Below, piece after piece: positions 1-22,895 of a DNA stretch of 64,000 nucleotides. This stretch comes from Neocallimastix sp. 'constans' (lineage: Eukaryota). The stretch lies in assembly GCA_050613775.1 (NCBI GenBank), contig JBODTK010000118.1:186001-250000 (forward strand), read 5' to 3'. The number at the start of each line of letters is the position of its first letter. Position 1 is the stretch's first letter. A program made the translations under genes and the position numbers. The notes beneath the pieces were generated by a model. It worked only from the letters and a program-made list of their open reading frames with translations. It was not told the origin of the DNA and made no database searches.

Positions 1-117
1 TTTATATTATTTTATCATATATCAAATTATATGAATTATAATTAAAATTATATAAAATTACGTTAAATTATATCCAATTATATATCACATCTACCTTTTT
101 TTATTTTAATTATAAAT

Positions 118-6448
<6,331 letters not shown>

Positions 6449-6539
6449 ATAAATAAATAAAAAAAAAAAAAAAAAAAAAATAAATAAAAATAAAAAAAAA
6501 AAATTAAATATAAAAAAAAAGTAGAGTTTGTAGATGGAT

Positions 6540-7500
6540 AAATTTCATTTATTTGTATATAACGTATGATTATATTTATACTTGTTAGAATGTATCCATT
6601 TCATTCTAGGAGTTACTATTCTATTATATTTCCATTGAATATTTGGGGTATTATATTTTAAATTATTTTGTATGGAATCTCTGATATAGTTTCCTCCATT
6701 ATTATTACTTTATATTAATAATTATATTAATTTTTATTTTTTATATTATTTTTATTATCATTTTGATTGTTAAATTATGAATAAATGTTAACATATAGAG
6801 TTTGACATATATATATAAATACATGTTAAAATAACTATACTTTAAATGATAGACCTTTTAGTAATGTATATTATTAGATTGTGAGATTGTGCTTTATATA
6901 TTCATATTCATGAGTTGGAAATAGCTTAACACTGAGTAGATTCCTTTATGCACAAAATCCTAGAATTTTTTATTTGTTAAAAATATCATATTATATTTCA
7001 ATTAAGAGTCTCTATAGTAGTATGAGGATATAAAAATTGTTCTTATAAAAGCTTAAGCGTATTTTTCTCTATTAAATTAGTAATTTTATATTTTTGGAGT
7101 TTTTATTTTACTTGAAATAATTCTCTTCTATCAATCATTTTATATTCTTTACACGTCTCTTTTCTTCAATATTGCAATCTTGTTCATTTCAAATTTTCGA
7201 TCAGTTCTATGAGTCTTACTTAAATATAATTAGCAATTTTCATCATAATTTTAAAATTCCAATTTTTTTTTTCTTTAAAATAATATTGTGTCCGGCAAAT
7301 GATTCTTTTGATAAGAATCTTTTTAAGAGTCAAATGAGGCTCTTAACCTGTTAAGCGGTATGAATTTAGGGGTCTATAATTAAATCAACTTTATTTATAT
7401 ATTTTATGATAAAGTGTTATTAGCACTTAATTATACTAAATTTAAGGCTTTTTTATTATTAAATCGTGGCTTATATATTATTTATATTACAATATGTTTC
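6540..7500. mobile_element. Degenerate repeat / transposon relic
   Basis: More complex than ordinary intergenic DNA, with no intact ORF. 7345-7490 aligns by eye with 27680-27830. CTCTTAACCTGTTAA (7340-7354) matches CTCTTAATCTGTTAA (29141-29155). Boundaries are approximate. Confidence 0.5.
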
Positions 7501-7585
7501 AACACATTTAAAGTTTATTTTCATATATTTCACATATTCTAACAAATATATATATAATTTAAAATTTTTTCAAAAGATTAAAGAT

Positions 7586-7632
<47 letters not shown>

Positions 7633-7653
7633 ATTATTATTATTAAATATTCA

Positions 7654-7909
7654 TTAATGCCTCCATCTATTTTCATGACCATGAATATCTTGAGGCTCCA
7701 AAAATCCTCTAAATTCTATGTTATATTTTATCGATTGTTTATCAGGGATAATTTTTAATTTATTGATGTCAATGTCATTTTCTTTATCCATAATAGGATC
7801 TAAGGTATTGAAATCCAACGTAAAATACCATCTTGCGCCATACCCTTGAATATTTCGAATTTCATAAACATTAATATCATGCTGTCATTAGTATTAGAAA
7901 ATAATAATT

Positions 7910-7944
<35 letters not shown>

Positions 7945-8016
7945 TATAATAATAATAATAATAATAATTTTTATTTATTAATTGTATATTTTATTTTATT
8001 TTTATTTTGTGGTATG

Positions 8017-8048
<32 letters not shown>

Positions 8049-9490
8049 TATATATAATTATAATCATAATAATAATCAATAATATGTAAATATACAACTT
8101 ACAGGTAGTTTATGTATATTTATCCAACTGATAGATTTTAATAATTTTATGATAATAGATATTGATAGATTATTCTTGTTAAGTGTATCTAAAATAATAA
8201 ACAATAATTGAAATATACATTTCATTATTTTCTATTTCTTTTTATATATATATAAACATACTTATATTTTTTTATTTTTTATTATTGATATCTTGTCGTT
8301 CTTCCTAATTTTTTGAAGTGTATTTTTTTTTTTATAGCAAAAACTTACTTCCTGTATAATCACCCCACCATTTATTTGTTTGATCTCTGTGACAATGTTT
8401 AGATAATGCTCTAGCCCCTACAGTTAAACCTCCATATTTTTTACATTTTTTATCATTTGGATGAATTTCAATAAACGCCTTAATACAATCATTTATGGAA
8501 GGTGGAAGAATTTCTTTTGAACTTCCATAGGTTATTCTGTTATATTATATATATATACAATATATTTAATATATATTTTAAAATATATGATATTTATAAT
8601 TATTATTATTCTTTTTTTTTTTTTGTTATAGATAAAAAAAAAAATTACCTTTCTCCTAATAAAACAAGTAAATCAGACGTACTTAACTTTTAATATTAAT
8701 ATATATATTTTTTAAAATAATATATATGTATATTATTAATATATTTTAAAAAAAATAATTTGTGATATTTTTTGAAAATTTTATATAATAATATACTTTT
8801 TCAAAAAAATTCCAATATATATTTTTTTTATTGTTTATTGAATTTTGTAGGTCGGAATTTAAAGTATTTATTCTCTTATTCAATTCATCTTTTCTGTTTA
8901 TGAAATAACATGTAAGAAAGTAATTGAAATATAATTTTAATATATATATATTTATTTTATTTTAAATTTTGTTCTTTTATATTGAATAATAATGAATTTT
9001 AAATTCCTTACATTGTTGTATATTCTTCAATTTCATTTGGCATATTATGGTCTATAAAAGTATAAGGAAATTTTCGAAGTTTACTCCATTGGGAAATAAT
9101 ATAAGATATCACTTTATAGTAGGGTTTACTTGGTAAGCCCTTTTGAAAAAATGATAAAGGATTTTCAAATTTTTGTAATAGTGGAAAATTAGATGACAGA
9201 ACAGTTTCATTGATACTACTAAATTCATTTTCAAGAATATCCAGTAGTTGATTTCTATAATAGATAACATTTAATTCATGAGAATTTGGTGAATCTTCTT
9301 TAGTATTATTATCACAAGTATCGGGTAAAGATACTTCAGAATTTTCTTTTAATATTGGTTCATTTTCTAATAATTGGCTAATAATTGATAAATTAAAAGT
9401 ATTATTAACTACGGGTTTCCTACTTTTATCAATTAAAAATTCTAAAAAAAAATTTGAAATTTCTTTAAAATCAATATTACTATTATTCAT
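7654..9490 (-). CDS. Conserved protein resembling the C-terminal domain of plant ASCH-domain proteins (putative nuclease-like fold), 6 exons
   Basis: Exons at about 9013-9490, 8797-8893, 8650-8687, 8349-8538, 8103-8188 and 7654-7883. They give LLVLLGERITYGSSKEILPP..GLTVGARALSKHCHRD..WWG..WINIHKLP..VYEIRNIQGYGARW..FRGFLEPQDIHGHENRWRH*. Confidence 0.8.
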
Positions 9491-10362
9491 ACTTAATGAT
9501 ATATGAATTTATATATTGTATTATTCAGATTTTTATAATTTTTATTATACTAAAATAATATTAAAAAAAAAATAATAAAATATAAATAAAATAATAAAAA
9601 ATATTTATTATTTTAATATTATATTAATGTATTAATATATAATATATATAATATATAATATATATAATATATATTATTTTATATATTATATTGCTAGTAT
9701 AATATAAATTTTATTGTATAATATATATATATTAAATTTAATATTGATTTAATTTTAATTAAAATTTTTACTTTATTTTTGTTCTTTTGTTCTTTTTTTC
9801 CTTTTTTTTAATTCATTTTATTTTGGTATTTAAAATAGTTAATATATTAATATATATATTATTATATATTACTAGATTTATATATATTCGATATTAGTTT
9901 AATAAAATGTAATGTAATACAATTAAACTATAAGCCACAATAATAAAAACATTTAATTTAGAATAAATTAGTACAAGTTAACTCTATCATAAAACATTTA
10001 AATAAAGTTTATATAATTTATAAATTCCATACACTTAATATTAATCAATTTATTTATTTATTTTATTTTATATTTATATATAAACTTATTTATATTAATT
10101 AATATTTAATATTTTATTTATTTTATATTTATTTATTTATTTTATATTTATTTATTTATTTTATATTTATTTATTTATTTTATAGTTATTTATTTATTTT
10201 ATAGTTATTTATTTTATTTATAATATAATTTAAACATTTATTAATTAAAATTTTTTAATAATTATTTATATTATATATATTATATTATTTTTATTTTATT
10301 TTTTTATTTTCTATTTATTTTTTAAAAAATAAAATAAAAAAAACAAAACAAAAATAAACAAC

Positions 10363-11986
10363 ATGGGTTCAAGTTCCAGTAAACCAAAGAAGTCTAAAAT
10401 TACTTCTCAAGATAAAGCTATTCTTGATTTAAAAATTCAAAGAGATAAACTTAACCAATATCAAAAAAAAGTATTTAATCTGCTAATATAATTAGGAATA
10501 TTTTCAAATTTATATTGAGAAGTTAAAAAAAAAAAAAAAAAAGAAAAAAATTAAAAATATATCAAAAATATATCCAATTGATTTTTAAAATGAAATAACT
10601 TGATAATTATATTAAAATTAATTATATTATTATTCTATATTTATATATTATATATATTATATATATATTTTAAATTTTAAATTTTATTCAATAAACAAAT
10701 TCAAATTCGAATTTCATTATGTTAAATCCATATATATATTATTCAAATAATAAAATGAATAATTTATCAATAAATTTGGAAATAGATTCAAGCAGTTCTC
10801 GATAGAGAATATGAAATTGCTAAAATAAACATAAAGAAAGGTAATAAAGAGAAGGCTTTATTAGCTTTAAAGAAAAAAAAGTATCAAGAACAGTTAATTG
10901 AAAAAGTTGATGCTCAATTATTAAATATTGAAGAATTGGTAATATAAAATATTGTGAAAATAATAATTATTAATGAATTCATATAGACATTATAAATAAT
11001 TATTAATTTTATTTCCAAAAAAAAAAAAAATAAATAAATAATAGACACATAGTATTGAATATGCTGTTGTTGAAAAACAAGTACTCGATGGTTTAAAGAA
11101 TGGTAATGAAATTCTTAAACAACTTAATAACGAAATGTCTATTGAAAAGGTGGAAGACTTAATGAATGAAACCGCTGAAGCTGTTGCTTATCAAAATGTA
11201 ATTTATAAAGATAGATATATATAAAATAGAAGAAAAAAAAAATATATATATATATATATTTAATATCAAATTAATATATAAATATATATTGTTATTAATA
11301 ATATTATTATATATATTTTAATTTATTTTATTTTTTTTTTTTAAATATCATTCAAAAATTTTTAAAAATATTATATGTATAATAGGAAATTTCTGAATTA
11401 TTAGGTGGTGCTCTTACTGTAGAAGATGAAGAAGATATTGAAAATGAATTAGCTCAAATCCAACAAGAAGAAGTAATTATAAATAAAATTTTAAAATATA
11501 TATTATTTATTATATAATAAAAATATCAACCCAATTATAATTATTGAATATATTTATTTTATTAATAATCTCTAATAAAATTTATTTTATTATTATTATT
11601 ATTATATATATATACATACATATATATATTTTTTTGTAAATTTTCTTATTTTTAATAATATTAGTTGAATAATAAATTACCAGAAGTGCCAACCACTGAA
11701 TTACCTAAGGTTGAAGTTGAAGAAGAAGAAGAAAATGTTGAAGAAGAAAAGAAACAAAAAGTCAAAGCAGAAAGTAAATAGAATAATGATAACAATAATA
11801 ATAATAAAAATATAAAAAAAAATAATAAATAAAATTAACAATTAATAATTGTTAATCTTAATTATTTTTTATATGTATATATAATATTTTTAAAATTCTT
11901 ATTTTATTTTATAATTAACACTGTTATTATTATTTTTTATATTAATTTTATTAGAAAAATTGGAACCAGAACTTATTGCTGCTTAA
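10363..11986 (+). CDS. VPS20: ESCRT-III subunit Vps20/CHMP6 (Snf7 family)
   Basis: MGSSSSKPKKSKITSQDKAILDLKIQRDKL (myristoylation-type MG start), ALLALKKKKYQEQL, GLKNGNEILKQLN, ETAEAVAYQNEISELL, LPEVPTTELP. Six exons with GT-AG introns. Confidence 0.95.
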
Positions 11987-12376
11987 AAATGGAAAATATC
12001 AATACAATCATAATAAATTTGATATTACAATAAAATATAAAACCTTTTATCTATGAAAATATAATATAATAAATAAATAAATAAATAAATATATAAATAA
12101 ATAATAAATAGTATAATAGTAATAAATAATAAATAATAATAAATAGTAAATAATAAATAATGAATAATTAAATAATAATAATAATAATAGAAATTATAAT
12201 AAAAATAAGATTATATTTTTATAATAAATAATAAATAATAAGTATTAGTGTAACATAAAATTATAAATCATAAAAAATTTTATTTATTTATTTTTTTTTT
12301 GTTATACCTAATCAAAAAAAAAAAAAAAAAAAGAAATGAAAAAAAAATTTAAATATCAATTAAAAATATTTTACAA

Positions 12377-12378
<2 letters not shown>

Positions 12379-12415
<37 letters not shown>

Positions 12416-12773
12416 AAGAAAGAAAGAAAGGAACATCATATAAAAGTAATAATATAAATAAATAATTATTAAAATATAAGTGTATATCATTTTTTATATT
12501 TTAAATTTATACTATTTATTTCAATGTATAAAAAAGAAAAAAAAGAAAAAGAAAAACCACTTGTTTATTATTATTATTATTATTTATTTTTTTTTTTTTT
12601 TATTATTATATTCCATATTTTTGAATAGTTCAATAGTAAATTAATTGATATACATTATTTTAATTTAATTTGATAGGTAATGTGAAAAATACTAAAAAAA
12701 AAAAAAAAGAAAAAAAAATTAATATTTTTGAAGGTCCTTTGTAATTTCATCTATTAATTCCTTCTTAGCTATA

Positions 12774-12812
<39 letters not shown>

Positions 12813-12955
12813 AAGAAAGAAAGGAACATCATATAAAAGTAATAATATAAATAAATAATTATTAAAATATAAGTGTATATCATTTTTTATATTTTAAATT
12901 TATACTATTTATTTCAATGTATAAAAAAGAAAAAAAAGAAAAAGAAAAACCACTT

Positions 12956-12986
<31 letters not shown>

Positions 12987-13170
12987 TTTTTTTTTTTTTA
13001 TTATTATATTCCATATTTTTGAATAGTTCAATAGTAAATTAATTGATATACATTATTTTAATTTAATTTGATAGGTAATGTGAAAAATACTAAAAAAAAA
13101 AAAAAAAGAAAAAAAAATTAATATTTTTGAAGGTCCTTTGTAATTTCATCTATTAATTCCTTCTTAGCTA

Positions 13171-13173
<3 letters not shown>
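12379..13173. repeat. ~400-bp direct tandem duplication containing the last exon and 3' flank of PTH2
   Basis: About 12379-12776 and 12777-13173 are near-identical (GAAAGGAACATCATATAAAAG...CCTTCTTAGCTATATA). They differ only in microsatellite length and are bounded by poly(A) tracts. Confidence 0.9.
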
Positions 13174-13232
<59 letters not shown>

Positions 13233-14139
13233 AATTAATATATTTCAAAAATCAATATACAATTTATTGATAATTTAATAAAAATTTAATAAGTTTTCTT
13301 ATTTGTTAAAAAAAAATATAATATTATAATAATTTTTATAAACAGTATTAACCTGGTCCAATACCAACAACAGTTTGTGAACCACTTGGAATTTGGGTAC
13401 GTCCGGCATCTGTAATAATATAAGTTGGAACATTCATTCTTCTTGCTTCTCTGGCAATATTATGTCTTTTTATAATAAAAATAAAAATAAAAATAAAAAA
13501 AATAAAAATAAAATAAAAAATAAAAAATAAAAAATAAAAAATAAAAAATAAAAAATAAAAAATAAAAAATAAAAAATAAAAAATAAAAAATAAAAAATAA
13601 AAAATAAAAAATAAAAAATAAAAAATAAAAAATAAAAAATAAAAAATAAAAAATAAAAAATAAAAAATAAAAAATAAAAAATAAAAAATAAAAAATAAAA
13701 TAAAAAAAAAAAAGGATTTCATGATAGTATATATAATTTTTAATATGAAATAAAATAAAATAATATATAAAAAAAATTAATATTTATATATCATTTTTAA
13801 TTTTTAAATTTAAGTAAAAAAAAAAAGGTTTTTTTAAAGAAATTATTTGTAAATTTATAAAATGCTTACAAATCTTCTTGTGTTTGACATTTAAGTACAT
13901 ATTTTGGTTGACCATTGTTCTTCCATTGATTCAATACCTTTTTTTTATTTATAATTTTAATTAAAAAAAATAAATTATAAAATTTAATAATACTAAAATA
14001 TATTTATTTATTTATTGTTAAAAAAGAACTATTGAACTTCATAATGTACAAATATGATATACATTTTTATCAGCAATGGAATTTAAGGCAACAGCAGCAT
14101 GACAACACTAGTAATAAAATTTCGAAGATTAATTTAATG

Positions 14140-14173
<34 letters not shown>

Positions 14174-14595
14174 TAAATTCTTATACTATTAATAATTTAA
14201 TTTTAAATATATACTTGTGCTGTAGTTTTTCCTTTAGACATTTTTAAATCCATTCTTGCTACTAACGCCTAATTGTTTTTTTTTTTTTTTTTTTTTTTTT
14301 AAATAAAAATTTTAAGATTTCAATAATTAAAACAATATTTAAACACATTTGTAATATATATTTTATAATTTTTTAAGCATTAAATGTATTTTGTTGAATT
14401 TATTGAAATTACCATGACTAAATCTTCATTAATTGGTTCGGCTTCTATATGATTATGAATGAAATCTACATTTTTAGTAATAGTGGTATCATTAGATGAA
14501 TTTCCAGTATTCTTCTTAATTAAAATACTTAGAGCAACTGAAATAGCCATGGAAGCCACTAATTTTAATATTGAATATGTTGATTCTTTATCCAT
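13118..14595 (-). CDS. PTH2: Peptidyl-tRNA hydrolase 2 with N-terminal hydrophobic anchor
   Basis: Spliced: MALVARMDLKMSKGKTTAQCCHAAV, WKNNGQPKYVLK, IITDAGRTQIPSGSQTVVGIGPA, LIDEITKDLQKY*. Confidence 0.95.
13475..13705. repeat. (TAAAAAA)n heptamer microsatellite inside a PTH2 intron
   Basis: Directly visible tandem array. Confidence 0.9.
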
Positions 14596-15077
14596 TTTTT
14601 AAATAATAAATTTATTTACTTTTTTTTATAATATTAAAGAATAAAAAACAATTTTTTTTTATTTTACTTCGAAACAAGATAATAAATAATAAATTATATA
14701 TAATTAAAAAATTTGTTTCATAAAAATTTTTATGTATTATATAATTTTTATGAAATAAAATAAAAATAAGATAAAATTTTCTGTATATTAATATATAAAT
14801 TTTTTAAATTAAATCAGTTTATTTTATAAGAAATCAATAATAAAGAAAAAAAAAATTTTTTTTTAAATAATAAATTTAAATTTTTATTATTTTCAATGTA
14901 AAATTTCAAAATTTCATTTAATTTAATTATGAAATCAAAAAAAAAAAGTTTTAAATTAATCTTTTTATAGAAAATCTTTTATTGATATTATCTTTATTAA
15001 AAATAAATAATAAATAAAAAAATAATAATATACCAATATTTAAATTTAAATATCTTTAATAATATTTTTTTTTTAAA

Positions 15078-15604
15078 ATGGATAATAGCAATAATAATAC
15101 TAATCCAAATTTAAATAATAAAGAGGAAATTCAAATTATGGATGTCAATGAAAATGATAATGCTTCATCTATGGAAATCAATTTAGAAAATAAAAATCAT
15201 ATAATTAATAGTGATGAAGACGGAAATAAAAATGAAAATTCAAATAAAATTATTAATGAAAATACTATTAATAGTAATGATAAAAAAATAGAAAGTAATG
15301 TTCAAGTCACTGAAAATAAAAAAGAATCTGATATAAAAGGTATATATGTGTATATATAAAATAATAGTAATAATAATAATAATTAAATTAAAATCCAATT
15401 ATTTAAAGAAGATTTAAGTAAAAACAATAAAATAACATTTTAATAATAATATAAATCACTTTTATATTCAAAAGATACAAATGATAATACTGAAAATGAA
15501 AGAAAATTGAAAATTGAAAATTCAAATGTTATTCATTCAGAAAATGTTACATTAGAAAATGGAAATTCAAATGAAAATACTAATACTTCTTCATTAAATG
15601 AAAG

Positions 15605-15635
<31 letters not shown>

Positions 15636-16199
15636 AATAATCCTCAGACAGAAAATAAAAATAATTTAATAATAGAGGATAAAGATAATAAACAAGCCAA
15701 TGATAAAAGCAATATAATAACGGATAATAAAACTGGAGTCACAGGGGATACCAATAATACACAAACTGTTGAAACAAATAATATAAAAACAACAATTGTT
15801 GATAATAATAACATACAAGTAAATAATGCTAATAATGGACAAACTACAAATGCAACTAAGGAACCAATGGCTAATACAAATAATGAAGTTAATAATTATA
15901 ATACAGAAAAAGTAGAAGAGGTTAATCGAATGGAAAAAAGTCATGTCAATTTAAAGAAAACTACAATTAGTACAATGCAACCATTCGTTATAAGAAAAGG
16001 GGCTACTTCAAATTATTTAAAAGGAAATATATCATATTTAAATGAAGGAAATGATGTTTCACTTGATGTAAATTACCATTATTGTCCCTTTTATTAATTA
16101 GTTAATATAAAACTTATTGTTCATTATATTTATCCTATTATTATAATATATATAAATTTATTATAAAATAAATTTTCTTTTTCTTTTTCTTTTTCTTTT

Positions 16200-16237
<38 letters not shown>

Positions 16238-17032
16238 ACAATTGATTAATTATTCTTTATAAATATAAAAAATAATAGCCTGAAAGGAACTATTCCGATG
16301 TTATTGTCATTCATCCGGGTTCAAGATATTTAAGAATAGGAAGAGCATCCGATGCTTTTCCAAAAGAAATACCTCATTGTATTGCTAGAGATGTTACTCC
16401 ATTAAAAATAAATATAAAAAATGAGGAACAGAAAGCTTCACCCCAAGATTCTGGTGTAACGTTACAAATTCCTGAAAATGAGAATTCTATTGATAATAAT
16501 AATGATGATAATGATGATGAAAATGATAACCATCAAAATAGTAATAGTGAAGTCATAGGAGATAATAATCCTAATGAGATTGACAATAAGAATGGTGAAA
16601 TGGATACTTCAGAGGAAGAACATGTTAATAAAAGGAGAAAAAAAAATAATTCTAGACATAGAAATAATAATAATAATGATAATTTCGATGATGAAAATTA
16701 TATGTTTTCCGATAAATTAATTATTACTAAAGAATATTTAAAGGAATTGGAAGCAGATATAAAATTTAGAATGAGATTAGCTAAGATGAGAGTTACCCCT
16801 AATGCTCACAGTCAAGTTCGACAATTTAATATTCAATCTATACCAGAAATTATTCCTGATCATAATGATCCCTATAAAATAGAATGGACTACAGCCAATA
16901 ATAAAGAAAAATATTTTGTTGGTTTAAAAGTAAAAATTAAAAATATATATATATATATAAATGTTAAGGATTATTTTATTTTTTATTTTATTTTATTTTT
17001 TATTTTATTTTATTTTATTTTTATTTTTTTTA

Positions 17033-17088
<56 letters not shown>

Positions 17089-18578
17089 TTTATTTTTTAA
17101 CATAAATATTTTAAATATCTAATTTATATCTTTTTATTTATAGGCATTAAGATTAAAAAAATATGTAAAAAAAGATGAGAAGATTACCAATAATTCCAAA
17201 TCGCGCTATCGTTTATTTTATCCAATTAAGAATGGAACTTTTAATTTAGAAGATTATGATAATTTACAAGTAGTATTAGGAGATATAGAACGTATATGGA
17301 ATTATGTGATTAATAATGAACTAGGAATACCCAAAAATGAATATAAAGATTACAATGTAGTTTTGGTGATACCTGATATCTATGACAAAGTTTATGTTAC
17401 TGAATTAATTAGTTTATTATTAAAAGAAATGAATTTTAAAGCAATCATTGTACAACAAGTAAGTTATGAAAAAATATATATATATATAAACAAACAAACA
17501 ACAAACAAAAAAAGCAATAATATTATATTTATATTTTTATAAATATATATTTTTATATATATTTTTAAAAGATTTTATATAAACATTTATATATATATAT
17601 ATTTATTATTTATTTTTATTATTATTATTATTATTATTTTTTAAAATTTGTGTAATTATTTTTATTTATTTATTTATTTATTTATTTATTAATTAATTAG
17701 GAATCTGTATGTGCAGCTTTTGGTGCTGGTTTTTCCATGTCTTGTATTGTTGATATTGGTGCTCAAAAAACAAGTATAGCCTGTATTGAGGATGGTTTTT
17801 GTATTCCAGAAACAAGGTATTTATTTATATAAAAATATATTAAAAAAATAAAATAAAATAAAAACAAAAAAAATTTTTATTATACTCAATATAAATGTGA
17901 ATAAGTATATTTAATATATTAATATATATATATATATTTAAATAATATTTATTACTATAAATATTTATATATGTTTGTTTATCTTTTTATTTATTTATTT
18001 TATATAATAAATAAGAATGAATTTAAAATACGGTGGTGATGATATAACATTATTATTTATGGCATTATTAATTCATAATGCCTTCCCTTATTCAGAAATA
18101 GATTTAAATCTAGCTTATGATTGGCAATTAGCACAAGAACTTAAAGAACGTTTTTGTACTGTTATTGAGGTACAATAAAAAAAATTTTTTTTTTTTTTTT
18201 TTTTTTTTATGTAATATTTTAATTATATATATATATATATATATAATTAAAATACATAATAAAACAAAATATTTAATTATATGATATTATAATTATTCTT
18301 ATGTAAATGTAAAGTAATTTTTTTTAATTTTAAAATATATTTATATATATATTTATTTATCATTTATTTATAATCATTATTTTTGTATAGTCTGATTTAA
18401 CTTGTAGAGTTTATACCTTTTATGTTAGAGTGCCTGATAAAGATACTCGTGTATTTTCATTAAAAGTATATGATGAAGTGGTTATGGCTCCTATGGTAAG
18501 AAATCTTTATTTATCTCCTTCTTTGTCTCTCTTTATATATAAAATTTATTATTTAAATTCATAAATTAAAATTTATCC

Positions 18579-18621
<43 letters not shown>

Positions 18622-19715
18622 TTATTTTTAATTTTTAATTTATTAATGAATATATAATTGTTGTTATCATTATTATTCAAATTTTAATATAATAATATTA
18701 TATATATATTCAGTTATTATTTAAAACACATATGATCGATTTTAGAAATAAATTACATTATCTTGTTGATTCAAAAAATAATTATATGAATGAAAGATCT
18801 GTTGAAGAAATTGTTCTTTTAGATGATTATATCAAATTACAAAATCCAACTCATACCAATAACAATACCCAAAACTCAACGATGGATGTTGATACGAATA
18901 GTGAATGTCCTTCACCTAATACCGCTTCAGCTATTAATTTAAAAGAAGAAGTAAAATCAGAATCCGTTACAGCCACTAATCATAAACTAAATAAAACTAA
19001 TTCTAATATGGACATTGATGTTGAATCAATTGAAGAGACTAAAAGTCATGATGATACTAATAATAATGACACTAATCATAGGAATGTCATTACCATCAAT
19101 GATACTCAAGATAATAATGAAATATTTGAAAAGGTATCTCAACCTTTAGATGTTGCTATTGCACAAAGTATTTCAACCTATGTTACCACAATCTCTGAAG
19201 GATGGGAATTTAATGGAACAAATTCTAGAAAAGAAAAAGATATAGAAGATCGTATTCGAAAAATTTATTCCAGTATTTTGGTTATTGGTGGTGGTGGTAT
19301 GATTCCTGGATTAAGTAAAATGATTGAAGATCGTGTCTCTCATTGGTTACATGTTCTTCTTCCTCAAGGAATTCTTAATTCTGCAATACAACATGAAATA
19401 AAGAATGATGGAAATAGAAGTGGGAATGCTGCTACTGAAGACAAAAGAAAATCCACTAATAAAAAGACCAATATTCGAGGAGTCACCAATCGAAAGGGTC
19501 CCAATGGAGTTAATGTAAATTCCGGTAATGGTACAGCCATAATCTCACCTACAGTAATTACTAGTCCCAGAGATATTGATTCCAGAGTTTTAACATGGAA
19601 AGGAGCTAGTATTTTATGTAAGTTGGATTGTGCATCAGAAATGTGGTTAGGGGGAAAAGAATGGGAAAATGGAGGAATTAAAGGATGTTATAAATGGTTA
19701 TTCCATTGGGAATAA
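15078..19715 (+). CDS. ARP8: Actin-related protein 8 (INO80 complex)
   Basis: VIVIHPGSRYLRIGRASDAFP, VVLVIPDIYDK, QQESVCAAFGAG..CIVDIGAQKTSIACIEDG, KYGGDDIT, PLDVAIAQSI, SILVIGGG, PRDIDSRVLTWKGASI. Long low-complexity N-terminus. Confidence 0.95.
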
Positions 19716-20828
19716 TCATTATTAAAGGAAAACATCAGTAAAATAAAATAAAAAAAATAGTAATAATTAAATAATAAATGAATTAAAAAGGAAAATCTTT
19801 ATTAATATTTTTTAAAAAATTATTTTTTTTTTAATATTTTAAATATTATTATTATTATTTTTATAAAATAATAATATTATCTAAATGAATATAAATATAT
19901 ATATATTAAATAATGAAAAATAAAAAAAAATTACACTTCTAAACATTTTTTAATAAATTAAATTTATCATAAATTCATTTTTATCTTTACTATATATGTA
20001 GAATAATACAATTAAGTTAATTTTATTTAAAAAAAAAAAAAAAAAAAAAAGGAATTTTTATTGTTTATTATATACACAAACATAAAAAAAAAAAAATAAA
20101 ATAAAATAAAAATAAAATATATAAAATAAATAGATGAACATAACAGATTTGATAACTTATTTTTTATAAAAAAAAAATGAAATGAAATGATTTTTTTCTT
20201 TAAATTATTTTAATTGTATTTTTTTATTTTTTATTTTTTATATATATGAAAATTTGCTTCATACTCTGAAACTAATAAAGTTTTCACCTCCAATCAAAAA
20301 TTAATTTTAATTTGAAACTCTTTTTTAAAAATTAATTATACCAACTTATATCCATTATTCATTTAAACTTTAATACTAAATAATTTAAGTAATAAAAGTA
20401 AATGAATAAATAAATAATAAATAGTAATCCCATTTTTTAAATATTATTTATTGTATTTTATTAAATATTATTTATTTAAATATTTATTTTATTTTTATTT
20501 TTTATCTAATAATAAATAAATAAATAAATATAATATATATATATAAATAAGTGAATGATAAAATAAATTTTTAATTATATTTAATTATTTTTTTCTTTTT
20601 ATTAATTTTACATAGGCATAATTAATATAAAACAAATAAACCATTTTTTCTTTTTTTTTTTTAAAAAAATTTTTAAAATAGAAAAAATAAAAAATAAAAA
20701 ATAAAAAATAACAATAATAAAAAATTTATATATATATATATATATAAATTTGAAATTAAAAAAAAAAATATTAAAAATAGAAATAAAATAAATAAAGTAA
20801 ATTAATAATAATAAAAAAAAAAAAAAGC

Positions 20829-22895
<2,067 letters not shown>

